A DNA stretch of 64,000 bases from Kiritimatiellia bacterium (lineage in GTDB: Bacteria; Verrucomicrobiota; Kiritimatiellia; JAQICX01), in NCBI GenBank assembly GCA_027858345.1, contig JAQICX010000242.1:2787-66786 (forward strand). Direction: 5' to 3'. Below are positions 1 through 10,218 of this stretch, one piece after another; position 1 is the stretch's first letter, and each line of letters begins with the position of its first letter. A program made the position numbers and the translations under genes. The notes beneath the pieces were generated by a model. It had not been told where the DNA came from. It made no database searches and saw nothing but the letters and a program-made list of their open reading frames with translations.

Positions 1-288
1 TAGATTTTTATTTGGCGGACGGGTCTTTTCGACAAGCAGGACACAGACGGCAAGGTAGCACAACCTTCAAGGTTGTAAGCGGTTTTGACACTTGCAACGA
101 AGATCGTTGCGTTACCCTGTAGCTACGCAGGACACCGTCGTAGTCTTAGAACGGCGACAGTGTCCTGCATAGCTGTGAGCGAAGCATGGACGCAGTCGAA
201 CAAAATAAAACAGATGCCCCACAAAATATTACGAAGAACCATTTTAATTATTAATTTGTAATTCGTAATTGATTAGCTTGCTTGCAAG

Positions 289-1476
289 CTATCCGTAGGC
301 TCCAAGCCCTAAGAATGCACGTTTTTTTGCTGTTTTGTACATTAAGCTTTTCTCAGGTATTGGTTTTTCAATTGAACTGTGTGATGGATTTTGGGGTAAT
401 TTAGAAAGTTCATCATAAAAGGTGTCTCTTCCTGATGAATCCATACCACCAAGTTCTTTCGATATTTCAGCTAATAGCTGTGGGTTTTCCAGAAGTATGC
501 ATCCATCAGTTTCCTTGAGTGTGGCATCTCGGAGCTCTTTCATAAAAACAGATTGTTCGACAATATTAGCTGTGTCACCTTCTTTTAATGTGTCAACAAA
601 TAGTTGGACAGGTGGGCAGAACTCAAGTTGTCCAAAAGAGTTGACATGATGACTTAAACCTACATTTGCAGGGCATAGAGGTTGTCCTTTGTGATTCCAA
701 TATGAATCTATTATAAGAATTGGAGCTTTCAGCCTTATGTTTACAATAAATTCTCTAAGATTTGTGATCTGTTCCTTAGATAATGCTTTCTCTGGAGAGG
801 GTATTGGTCCGACTGGGCGGTATATATAGTACCACATGTAGTGAACTTTTTTTAAAATAAGAAAATCTATAAATTTCTTATTGACCAGTTCATCATAGTT
901 ACTATTGCAAATGCTCGAAGCAACACCTGTGAATAGTCCTAGTCCAGTGCAGTTTTCTATTCCTTGGATTGCTGTGTTGAAAACATTGTCTCCACCGCGT
1001 CTTTCGTCACTCTCTTCTTCAAGACCTTCAAGACTTATTAAAGGTGTGACGTTGCCGACTGATTTGAGTTTTTGTGCTATATCTTTGGTAAGTAATGTTC
1101 CATTGGTGAACAGTTGAAAATAACAATCAGGATGAGACTCAAATATCTTAAAAAGATCTGGATGTAATAGCGGCTCTCCTCCAAGTATGCCAAAGAAAAA
1201 ACGCCCTCGTTTTTTTGCATCAGTTATAATCTTGTTTATTTGTTCAATGGGCATGTCATTTGGTGGAGAAGGACTGACCCAGCAACCTTTACAATGAAGG
1301 TTGCATCTGTTTGTTATGGATATGAATAAAAAAGCAGGGAAGTAGAACTCTTTTTGTCTCTCTTTTTGAAAACGCTTAATGGTTTTTGCACTTTTCAGAC
1401 AAAAGTTTTTAAACATAATTTTTCGTAGTTTAGGGTCTACTTCTTTTATAATTCTGGTTGTTAGTTTAAATATCAT
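289..1476 (-). CDS. Radical SAM (SPASM/twitch-type) protein
   Basis: CNLHCKGC (CxxxCxxC) motif, GGEPLL, C-terminal CPA...EFCP...C cysteines; last gene of a 3-gene overlapping operon. Confidence 0.9.
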   Translation of the reverse strand: MIFKLTTRIIKEVDPKLRKIMFKNFCLKSAKTIKRFQKERQKEFYFPAFLFISITNRCNLHCKGCWVSPSPPNDMPIEQINKIITDAKKRGRFFFGILGGEPLLHPDLFKIFESHPDCYFQLFTNGTLLTKDIAQKLKSVGNVTPLISLEGLEEESDERRGGDNVFNTAIQGIENCTGLGLFTGVASSICNSNYDELVNKKFIDFLILKKVHYMWYYIYRPVGPIPSPEKALSKEQITNLREFIVNIRLKAPILIIDSYWNHKGQPLCPANVGLSHHVNSFGQLEFCPPVQLFVDTLKEGDTANIVEQSVFMKELRDATLKETDGCILLENPQLLAEISKELGGMDSSGRDTFYDELSKLPQNPSHSSIEKPIPEKSLMYKTAKKRAFLGLGAYG

Positions 1477-2128
1477 CTTTGAATATCTTATTTATGTTAC
1501 GGTTAGCAAAAGCCTTGTATATGTCACCATCAAAGATATTGTCAGGTTCAATCGGTTCAGCTGAACCATTGATTGAAGGTTCCGGATGTTTTGGGAAGAC
1601 AATAGCACCTTGTGGACATAGTCTTGCACATGCGGGACAGTTATCTTTGCACGCCGAAGGATTTGTTATACAAATTTCGCCTTTTTCGTTTTTTGAGTAT
1701 ACTTTGAATATGCAGAATTCATAGCACTGTCCACAGTTTGTGCATAAACTTCGTTCTATGAAGGGATTCCATGAATCAGAAGCAGATACTATCTCTTTTG
1801 TGGCATCACCTTGATCAAGGCTGTCAATATATTTTAGAAGTTCTTCTTCTGTTTCAGTGTTCACACCTTTTATATTAATTGATTTTTCAACATTAATATA
1901 GTCAAGTATTGCTTTGATTGCTTTTTCTGAGCAAGCAATAATGCATTCTGAATTTTCAAGTAGAGATTTGCATACTGAAGTATTCGTCACAGCAATGTCA
2001 CAAAAATCTTCCAGTTCAACGATGTGAACGTTTCTGGTCTGCAGTTTGTCAAGAATAGAGTTTATGACAGATTGCTCTGTTCTACCTCTATTCCTGCAAG
2101 TACATAAAATTATTTTACTTTTACACAT
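1466..2128 (-). CDS. Ferredoxin-family protein (2x[4Fe-4S] dicluster with N-terminal Cys-containing domain)
   Basis: CTNCGQCYEFC and CKDNCPACARLCP motifs; overlaps both neighbours. Confidence 0.85.
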   Translation of the reverse strand: MCKSKIILCTCRNRGRTEQSVINSILDKLQTRNVHIVELEDFCDIAVTNTSVCKSLLENSECIIACSEKAIKAILDYINVEKSINIKGVNTETEEELLKYIDSLDQGDATKEIVSASDSWNPFIERSLCTNCGQCYEFCIFKVYSKNEKGEICITNPSACKDNCPACARLCPQGAIVFPKHPEPSINGSAEPIEPDNIFDGDIYKAFANRNINKIFKDDI

Positions 2129-3294
2129 TTAAACTGACCGTTGCTACCTCTTATGTATAACTTGCCATTTGACAGGGATGGTGCTGTCCAGTATTTGCCT
2201 CCACCTTCTATGACTTTTTTAGAACCAAGTTTGTTCATTGTGTTCTTGCTGACATCATAATACGATAGGGTTCCTTTTTCATCAATAGAAACAATTGTTT
2301 CGCCGGCAAGTATGATGCTGCAGAAGTTTGAATTTTCATCTTTCCATACGACTTCACCAGTTTCCGCGGATATTGCCTCCAATTTTCCTCTTCCTGTATT
2401 TCCGTCTGAACCATATATTAGTCCATTGTAATAGATTGGTGATGGAAAGTGAGATCGCATGTTTTTGTTTTGCCAAAGAGGTTTTAGTTCTGTTCCGTTA
2501 AACTCCAGCAATATGCAATTACCACTGTAACCGTATGAAAGAAAAATGTTTTTGCCATCATTGAATACAACAGGGTTAGCGGCATTAACATTCAATTTGG
2601 CTTTCCAATCATAGTTTGCAACCAGCTTTCCTGTCTTCGCTTCTTTAATGTTCAATGTTTCACCGAGGAATGCCACATAGTCTTTGCCCATATATGTGAA
2701 CACGACAGGTGTTGAATATGACGATGTGCCAGGAATTTCGCCCCATAAAATTTTTCCGGTTTTTGCATCAAATGCCATACCGCTTCCACCTGTCTGAACA
2801 AAAAGCATGTTACCATAAATAATAACAGAGCTTGATAGTCCCCACCCTAAACCTTTGATGCCTTTGTCTTTTAGATTGTTTTCCCAGACCAGTTTTCCGT
2901 CCTTCAAATTTACACAGACCAACCTTCCTGATCTACTGAAAGAATATACGGTTTTCCCATCCGTAACAGGTGTTGCCCTTATTCCCTTGTAGTCCTTGCC
3001 GGGTGATTCTGCATATTTGTACTCCCATATAACAGAGCCATCAGATTCTTTTAAGCAGTATATGGTATCGTTTGTTCCATCGTTGCCTGAAGCTAAAACA
3101 AGACCATTATATATCGATGCACCAGAATAGCCTTGCCCTATATTTTTTTCCCATAGGCCTGTAGCTGATTCAATTTTGCCGACTTCTTCCTTGGTGATAC
3201 CGGTGCTGTCTTCACCTCTCCAATATTGCCAGTTACTTGCAAAACCTAATGTGATAATTGCAAGAAATGCAATAGTTGATACTGTTTTTTTCAT
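2110..3294 (-). CDS. Secreted PQQ-binding-like beta-propeller repeat protein (BamB-like, PVC type)
   Basis: Signal peptide, WQYWRG start motif, repeated DxxTGKxxW blades, terminal WTAPSLSNGKLYIR. Confidence 0.85.
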   Translation of the reverse strand: MKKTVSTIAFLAIITLGFASNWQYWRGEDSTGITKEEVGKIESATGLWEKNIGQGYSGASIYNGLVLASGNDGTNDTIYCLKESDGSVIWEYKYAESPGKDYKGIRATPVTDGKTVYSFSRSGRLVCVNLKDGKLVWENNLKDKGIKGLGWGLSSSVIIYGNMLFVQTGGSGMAFDAKTGKILWGEIPGTSSYSTPVVFTYMGKDYVAFLGETLNIKEAKTGKLVANYDWKAKLNVNAANPVVFNDGKNIFLSYGYSGNCILLEFNGTELKPLWQNKNMRSHFPSPIYYNGLIYGSDGNTGRGKLEAISAETGEVVWKDENSNFCSIILAGETIVSIDEKGTLSYYDVSKNTMNKLGSKKVIEGGGKYWTAPSLSNGKLYIRGSNGQFKCVKVK

Positions 3295-3690
3295 TTTTTA
3301 CCTTTCGTTTTTACCTGGTTCTGGTCAGAGTTTTTACTCTATTCCAGCCCTATTTAGTTTTAAATCAATGAGATACAGACTATTTAGCCTTATCCCCACG
3401 TTTTTTCGTAGGTCACCGCCCGACGCTACAGGCGTTGCTTCCCTATTCAACCTTTTCCCGAGCCGGGGGGCGACTCGGCTACAGGACTTATTCTGCAAGC
3501 TAACCCTAGCCCGCAAAGCTCCTCCCGCTTTTAGGGGAGGTGGCGAGGAGTGACACGACCAAAGGGAAGTGAGGCTGGAGCTTGCGACAGCAATGAAACG
3601 CAGTGTAATGTCCCACCTAGACGGAGGGGTATTCCGTTCATTGGACATTCCCCTTTTCATATTTTTTCATACAATTTTTGACAGTACCTT

Positions 3691-4470
3691 TTACCTTCCT
3701 GCTTGACATAGACCTCTTGTTGAAGATTCCAGAAACTTCAAAAAGTCTAGGGCAATTTCAGATGTGTATTCTTTTTTTATTTGTTCTTTAGCCTGTGTGA
3801 AATTTAGTCCTGAGTGATATAGCGTGTAATGCAGACTCTTGATCTCTTTACGCTCTTCAGGCGTAAATCCAGAGCGTTTAATTCCAACGGCATTCAACCC
3901 TGCAATAACATTTGGCAAACCAGTCATTGTCATTGAATAGGGGGGCACGTCCTTGGTTACAACAGACATTGCTCCAAGAATGCTGTATGAACCAACTTTT
4001 ACAAACTGATGAACTCCGCTTCCACCACCAAAAAACACATTGTCTCCAACTTCGACGTAGCCTCCAAGCATTGTATTGTTGGCAAGTATGACATTATTGC
4101 CTACTTTGCAGTTGTGTGCAACGTGTGATACTGCCATGAACATGCAATTGTTACCAATTACAGTTGATGTTTCCTCTTTCGTTCCACGGTGAATAGTCAC
4201 GCCTTCACGCATTGTACAATTGTCACCAATTATAACATATGATCGGTTATTGTTGAAATCATGGTCTTGTGGTAAGTCACCAATTACACTGTTTGCATGA
4301 AATGTGCAATTCTCGCCTATTGTTGTGTGACCCAATATTGTGACTCTTGGTCCAATAACTGTTCCTGCACCAATTCTCGAATCTTTCTCAATATATGAAA
4401 AAGCACCTATCTTGACATCTGGAGCAATTATGACTCCATCTTCAATTATCGCAGTTTCGTGTATCATCAA
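3691..4470 (-). CDS. lpxA: Acyl-ACP--UDP-N-acetylglucosamine O-acyltransferase
   Basis: Hexapeptide repeats, IGDLPQD, REGVTIHRGT, HVAHNC, VHQF, GLNAVGIKRSGF. Confidence 0.9.
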   Translation of the reverse strand: MMIHETAIIEDGVIIAPDVKIGAFSYIEKDSRIGAGTVIGPRVTILGHTTIGENCTFHANSVIGDLPQDHDFNNNRSYVIIGDNCTMREGVTIHRGTKEETSTVIGNNCMFMAVSHVAHNCKVGNNVILANNTMLGGYVEVGDNVFFGGGSGVHQFVKVGSYSILGAMSVVTKDVPPYSMTMTGLPNVIAGLNAVGIKRSGFTPEERKEIKSLHYTLYHSGLNFTQAKEQIKKEYTSEIALDFLKFLESSTRGLCQAGR

Positions 4471-5695
4471 TAACTTCTCTTTCTAAATTTAATTGGTGTT
4501 GTACCTGTTGTTTGTTTAAATTGTCGTATAAAGTAACTTTGATCTGAAAATCCCAAGTCGTAAGCAATATCTGTACAAGATAAGTCAGTCTCTAAAAGCA
4601 GTTCTTTTGCCTTTGATATTCTAATCGACTTTATATGTTGCTGTATTGTAAGCCCTGTATGTTCTTTCACCAAATGGGAGACTCTAAATGTGCTAAGTTT
4701 AACCTCTTTTGAAATATCTTGCAAGGAAATTGAACCACTAAAGTTCTTTGAAATATAATTTAGTATCCTTTCTACTTTCTTATTTGCTTTGTTCGAACTT
4801 TTATTATGTATATAATCAATAAGCTCATCTAGTGAGTCTCTCAATGCCGGCCACAAATTTTCCGGCTGATCTCCTGCAACAATAATATTATTTATCCAGT
4901 GCAGGTGCTTTTCCATCAGAGGTTCCAGGACAGGATTGTCCTCTACCGCACAGCGTACGAGATAACCTAACATTTCAATTGCTCGCGCCTGCAGCAATGA
5001 ACCTTTAGGGTTATAGATAAACATATCGGCAAGAATATTGTTGAAGAGCTCTCTAGCTCTTGTTTTGTTTCCTACTCTTATGAATGAAAAAAGCAATTTT
5101 TCTTCCTGGAAAGAATAAAATGATTTAGCAATAACCTTCTTTTTATGAATTTTTTCTGCAATTGAACGTTGTTGGTTTGCATTGGCAAGGTTTGTATCTA
5201 GTATTCCTGACTTCCAACCACTGATGTCATAAAACAGTTCAAATAGGTGCTGTGCGGCACCAGTAGCAATGCTGATGTCATAATATTTCAGAGAATCAAA
5301 ATATTTAGCAGCCTGATTACGTAAAATACCACATGAGGCTAAATGGTTGATGCTCTCATCACGATAATATGTTTCTTGGTTATATATGATTTCACCACCA
5401 GATAAAGCACCTTTTATCTCATTGTCTTTTACAAGTGGAATCAACCAGCTAATTATACCTGGGGCAATAAAAAAACATTTGGCTCACCCCAACGAACACT
5501 TTCTTTTATGGCGTTGAACCGTGCATCTTTGATTGCTGGATGATTTTCGATGGACGAATGTGGCTCAGGGTAAATGACTGCTCCTGATGGATCCAGAAAC
5601 TTTATTTCAAGATTATAGCGCTTCTTGTAATAAGAATTCACCTGTTTAAACATTCTGTCAGATATTATCATCATATACCCTCTTATGATTTGCAA
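4467..5695 (-). pseudogene. PocR-sensor/AraC-family regulator split by a single-base frameshift (ORFs 5453-5695 and 4467-5444)
   Basis: C-terminal AraC HTH (IAYDLGFSDQSYFIRQFK). Adding one base to the A7 run at 5469-5475 joins the frames as ...WGEPNVFFIAPGIISWLIPLVK... Confidence 0.75.
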
Positions 5696-5976
5696 AAAAT
5701 GCTCTCAACCCATTTTGTATCAAAGAAGTCCTTCAAAAGAACATGTTTGTCGCGAGATGTTTGTCCGCTGACAATCTCGCACTTAACCTTTTTTGACTTT
5801 AAAGATGTGTTTAAAAATTTAATTAATTCTTTATTTGCTTTTCCGTCTACAGGTGGTGCCTTTAATCTCAACTTCAAACTATCTCCGTGCATGCCTGATA
5901 TATGTGTTTTAGCTGCGTTTGGAGAAACATGCAGCTTTAAAATGATTCCACGTTTTGTTAACATATAGAAACTCAT
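5683..5976 (-). CDS. DUF167/YggU family protein
   Basis: LHVSPNA, LKLRLKAPPVDGKANKELI, IVSGQTSRDK motifs; follows YggT-like gene. Confidence 0.9.
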   Translation of the reverse strand: MSFYMLTKRGIILKLHVSPNAAKTHISGMHGDSLKLRLKAPPVDGKANKELIKFLNTSLKSKKVKCEIVSGQTSRDKHVLLKDFFDTKWVESIFCKS

Positions 5977-5981
5977 CTTAA

Positions 5982-6842
5982 CTACCCTAACATATGCATA
6001 AAACTACTTAACAACAAGTTAGCAAGTAATCTATGTAAAATTTGTAGACCAAATATAAAGAGTAGAGGTGTTAAGTCGAAAGGACCAATTTGCAGATGTA
6101 CATTTTTTAATGGACCCATTATGAAATATAACCAACTTCGACTAAAGGCTGCCAAGTTTGGTGAACCTGTAAACAATGAAATCCAGGAAAAAATAATTAA
6201 GACAATACAAAAATTATATAGCATACTCAAAACACCAATCAGCTCATATAGTGTTGATATCAGCATTAAAACAACATTAAACCCTACTTTGTTTTGCATA
6301 TATCCATTTGCACTTTCATATAATGGACTAATAAAATTCATTACAACTAATAATACAAACACAAAAACAAATAAAACAATAGGTCGAGTGTTTCTTGTTA
6401 GGAAACTAAATGGTTTTGCAAGTATGAAAAACACAGTCTCTTCTGATGTGCACTTTTCTTCGGTATCATGGACATAAAGCGTTGCTAAAGCAAAGAATGG
6501 TATCAGAAACTTTATAAACACAACAAAACTAAAAGCAACTGCAATTGGAATGCTGTTAACACTTAGGTTCCACTCTAAAAAGCCGATTGATACCCCTCCA
6601 TGAAAAAGTGGTTTCAAGAAAGCACGAAGTACTAATAACAAAAACATTGCAATTAGTGCTGTATACTTCATGGACAGCTGTCCTGTCAGTGGGCGTAAGT
6701 AGTTGAGGGCTTTAGAGGTGTAACCCATTATGGAGCTTAGGTAGGGATTAAAAAAAATCTTTCTATCTTTGCTGCTCCAGAAATATATCCAAAAAAGCAT
6801 TACCAAAACATTAAAAATTATATTCCATCTATTTAGCATCAA
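5982..6842 (-). CDS. YggT-family integral membrane protein
   Basis: Multiple TM helices, C-terminal IGPFDLTPL YggT motif, adjacent to DUF167. Confidence 0.7.
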   Translation of the reverse strand: MMLNRWNIIFNVLVMLFWIYFWSSKDRKIFFNPYLSSIMGYTSKALNYLRPLTGQLSMKYTALIAMFLLLVLRAFLKPLFHGGVSIGFLEWNLSVNSIPIAVAFSFVVFIKFLIPFFALATLYVHDTEEKCTSEETVFFILAKPFSFLTRNTRPIVLFVFVFVLLVVMNFISPLYESANGYMQNKVGFNVVLMLISTLYELIGVLSMLYNFCIVLIIFSWISLFTGSPNLAAFSRSWLYFIMGPLKNVHLQIGPFDLTPLLFIFGLQILHRLLANLLLSSFMHMLG

Positions 6843-6926
6843 ATCATTCCTATATTATTGTTAAATCTCAATTATAACAACATGCAGCATTTTTTAAAAG
6901 ACAAAAAAGTTCACCTTCTTTTTTAA

Positions 6927-7163
6927 CCGTAATTTTTCGGTTGGCTACAGCTATGACAACGAGGATCCCGCTCTGCGGGATCGCTCCCAGCATGCAACCA
7001 ACCGTTGTCTTGGAAAAACGGGAGAGATCCCGCAGGGCGGGATCCCCATTGTCATAAGAAATTATTTTTTAACTTTATCACCAAAAACAGCAAAAACTCA
7101 AAGCAAAATCCCTGATTTTATTGACTAAAATCCATGCTTATATTCTCAACCAGAAAAATAGGG
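6927..7163. mobile_element. TIR-bounded composite MITE-like shell, copy E1
   Basis: Left CCGTAATTTTTCGGTTG, right CTCAACCAGAAAAATAGGG; inner TATGACAACGAGGAT...ATTGTCATA cassette with TCCCGCnnnGCGGGA hairpins. Confidence 0.75.
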
Positions 7164-7286
7164 TTAAAAAGTTGATTTGGTTCGCACCTGACCATTAATC
7201 ATGATTCGCTTTTAAACATTTTTTCATCTTCATCGCATATGTTACATCACGATTTGCTTCCTTGTTTTGTCTTTTCCAGAAAGCTA

Positions 7287-8474
7287 CTAGTTAGATGAAC
7301 CAAGTTCTTCTATCAAATCAATGATAATGCAGTTGCGTTCGTACTCCATATTAATATTTTGTATGGCACTTTTGAGAAGTTGTTCCCGAATAATCATCTG
7401 GTCACGAAGCTTATCCAGTGGCAAACCATCAAACTGCTTCAGGTCAGATTGCAGTTGCTCCAGTAAGGGGGTAGTGAGACGCTGGTGCTTTTCGATTTGT
7501 TTCGTAAATTTTTCTAATGCAGCAAGCAGGCTTTGAATATGTTCTTTGATGATTCGCCTTTGCAATGCCATTTCTGATTCTGTTAGAGTTTGCTGTTTTC
7601 GATAAACGGCGAGATCCGGGTTGCGGTTTCCCCAGGGAAGCGTAAAGGCAGCTGAAATATTCCAGCTATCCTCTCCGTTGCCTGTTTGGTCAATTTTATA
7701 TTCAGGCTGAATGTATTTGAAGTGGAAGCCGCCTTTTGATCGAGCAATTTTGGTGGCTTCCTTTAGAGATTGAGCTTCCACATCAAGTTGGCGATAATCG
7801 GCTCGATTTTCCAGCGCGTCCTGTATCAAAGAGTCGAGTTCGAGGCGAGTTGGTTGTTCAATAATTGCTTTCTTAGCCAGGTCATTAAGGTCGGCTGAAG
7901 CTCCAAAAATCTGATGCAGCTGAGTCTGTATTGCAAGATGTTTTACTTCAATTTTTTCAAGGGAGTTCAGAAGGTCTAAATATTGCCCATAAAGTTTGGC
8001 TCGGTCTATGGTTGCGAGTTGGTGTTGTTGCACGCTGATGTCAGCCTGTTTCAGGTAGGGGGCAAGAATATCGGCTTCTGCGTTCAATAGAGCAATCTGT
8101 TTGTTGAGCATTCGGTAGGTACAGAAGGTGCGATAGACCTCAATTAGTTCCTTCCACTCTAATGTCGCAACTCGTAGCTCTTCTGATTGGCCAACGAGGT
8201 TGAGTTGATTGCGCAATGCCCCCCGTGTCCAACGATTTGGGAAATAAAACCGCAATGCTAGTTCGCTCTCGTTTTCACTGTAGCTGGGGCGAAACTCCAT
8301 GCTGTAATCAGTATCACTGCTTGCTTTTACGGCGGCCTGCTTGACAGCTGTTGACTCTTCTAAAAGGGTGCGTTCTGTCAGTGGCTGCAAAGCCTCCGAC
8401 AAATCATCCGTCCAAACATTTAAAACTGCCAGAAAAAGACTGGACAATGATATGAAAATTATTTTGTTTTTCAT
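7287..8474 (-). CDS. TolC-family outer-membrane efflux protein
   Basis: Signal peptide MKNKII..., long amphipathic helices, ALENRADY motif; ATG at 8474 overlaps upstream TGA (ATGA coupling). Confidence 0.7.
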   Translation of the reverse strand: MKNKIIFISLSSLFLAVLNVWTDDLSEALQPLTERTLLEESTAVKQAAVKASSDTDYSMEFRPSYSENESELALRFYFPNRWTRGALRNQLNLVGQSEELRVATLEWKELIEVYRTFCTYRMLNKQIALLNAEADILAPYLKQADISVQQHQLATIDRAKLYGQYLDLLNSLEKIEVKHLAIQTQLHQIFGASADLNDLAKKAIIEQPTRLELDSLIQDALENRADYRQLDVEAQSLKEATKIARSKGGFHFKYIQPEYKIDQTGNGEDSWNISAAFTLPWGNRNPDLAVYRKQQTLTESEMALQRRIIKEHIQSLLAALEKFTKQIEKHQRLTTPLLEQLQSDLKQFDGLPLDKLRDQMIIREQLLKSAIQNINMEYERNCIIIDLIEELGSSN

Positions 8475-9490
8475 TTTAGTTTTCCTAACCACTGATCGAT
8501 GATTGAGACATTTGGAACCATAATGACTCTCTCCCCGGGGGGTAATTCTACGCCGTCATCGAGTTCAATCACGATGCGTCGACCTCTCAAAATTTGATCA
8601 CTGAATCCGGTAAATACAGGTAGCTTGCGAATGTCAGCTGTTATGTTTTTAATTGTGCCTATGTGAACTTTGCGAGTGGTTATTGTGATAACCTGGCATT
8701 TTTCGCCCTCGTCAATTACAGTTCGTTGCTTTTCCGGCATGAAGGCTATGATTGTTGAGGTTGATATATTACTGATACGTAACACAGGCTCACCTGTTTT
8801 AATGACATCTCCCGGTTGATGTAATATTTCTGCTACTATTCCGGAGGTGATAGCTTTCAACTGGCACTGTTCTTTGAGCAGTTGTTTCAAGTTGTCAGAG
8901 TTGAATGTTTCGATATTTGTCTGTGCGGATGCAAGTCGCTTTTCAAGGCTGGCAGTGAGTGCCGGATAGAGAGTTAACATTTTTTTTGTGGTTTGGATTT
9001 GTGGACGTAAGTCTTCACTATTTTGTTCGAGCAGCAAGTTTTTCTCCATAAGGTTTTGAGTTCGTTGCCATCTGCTTTCCAAAATCTGTAGTTCTGAGGC
9101 AGTTTGGGCCTCTTCCAGTTTTAGTTTCTCAAGGTCGTATTGTATTGAGTAAATTTTATCCCGTGTTTTCATGAGGGAGGCCTGATCCATTAACATGTCT
9201 GTGGATTTGGAAGCGTTGTCGAGTTCACCGAGTAACTGTCCGGCATGAACTTGCTCGCCCATGTCGACCATCAAAACTTTTAGTCGACCATTCTCCAACG
9301 GAGAAACATATTCATAAGTTCGTTCGGCAACTCCATGGAACTGAACTCGATTCAAACCACCAGGAAGCAATAAAACAACTGCAAGCGCGACACTTAACCA
9401 TATAATCCAAGGCCAACCTCTAAACAGCATTTTCAACAGGTGGTGACGACCATGACGAAGGGGACGTCGTTTGAATTTCTTGTCTATCAT
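8471..9490 (-). CDS. HlyD-family membrane-fusion (periplasmic adaptor) protein
   Basis: N-terminal TM anchor, lipoyl half-motifs (VSPLENGRLKVLMVDMGEQVHAGQLL / LKAITSGIVAEILHQPGDVIKTGEPVL) flanking a coiled coil. Confidence 0.85.
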   Translation of the reverse strand: MIDKKFKRRPLRHGRHHLLKMLFRGWPWIIWLSVALAVVLLLPGGLNRVQFHGVAERTYEYVSPLENGRLKVLMVDMGEQVHAGQLLGELDNASKSTDMLMDQASLMKTRDKIYSIQYDLEKLKLEEAQTASELQILESRWQRTQNLMEKNLLLEQNSEDLRPQIQTTKKMLTLYPALTASLEKRLASAQTNIETFNSDNLKQLLKEQCQLKAITSGIVAEILHQPGDVIKTGEPVLRISNISTSTIIAFMPEKQRTVIDEGEKCQVITITTRKVHIGTIKNITADIRKLPVFTGFSDQILRGRRIVIELDDGVELPPGERVIMVPNVSIIDQWLGKLK

Positions 9491-9506
9491 AATAATAAAG
9501 CTCCTG

Positions 9507-10203
9507 TTAAAGTTCCACGGTTGTACGTTGCATAACCAAGCTCACTTCGCTAGTAGAATCAAGTGCTTCGAGTTTTTTAACAATATCTACCTGATAAGAC
9601 GGATCGACTAGCCTTACCTGATAAGAGTATTCAAGAAGATCTCCCTGAACAGCTTCGCGCATGCTAAGAAGCATATAGGCAGAACAACACTCGGTCAAAA
9701 TTGCATCAACTCCCACACGAGCAGTATCGCAATCTGCATTAACTAAAAATCGGAGCATCGCCTCATAGCGACGCCGAGTTGCAAATGGAGCCCAGTGAAG
9801 TAAAACAATAACTGAACTCAACAGAACACAGCCGACAACCGCAACCGAAAACATGCCGGCTCCACAGGCAATACCTAGCCCAAGCGCTGCAAACAGAAAC
9901 ATCATATCACGAGGATCTCGGACGACGGTTCTAAAACGAATCAGAGATAGAGCGCCAAGGACTCCAACACCACGGGCGATGCTGTCCCCCCATTGACATC
10001 ATTACCATACAGGTAATCATCCCTCCCAAAATTAGCGTATGTACAAAAGAGCGCGAATACGAGAGTGACTGAAAAGTAAGCTGATACAACTTTGCAATAA
10101 TTGAGCATAGTACAAAACTCAATAGCATTGCTGCAATCACATGTTGCAGACTCAGACTTTGTGCAGTGCCTACTGAAGATAAAAAACTAGACCAACTATT
10201 CAC
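9507..10203 (-). pseudogene. DUF4956-family membrane protein, frameshifted (ORFs 9931-10203 and 9507-9905)
   Basis: SYSRSFVHTL and, after removing one G from the G6 run (9986-9991), GDSIARGVGVLGALSLIRFRTVVRDPRDMMFLFAALGLGIACG, the DUF4956 signature. Confidence 0.85.
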
Positions 10204-10218
10204 TATATATATTCTCCT

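Noticed and set aside
3334..3660. 108-aa ORF (and similar ORFs at 18338, 22241-22780, 25369, 25739, 26382, 31858, 46389, 48596-49492, 54331)
   Set aside because: They are translations of palindromic repeat clusters with no protein-like features.
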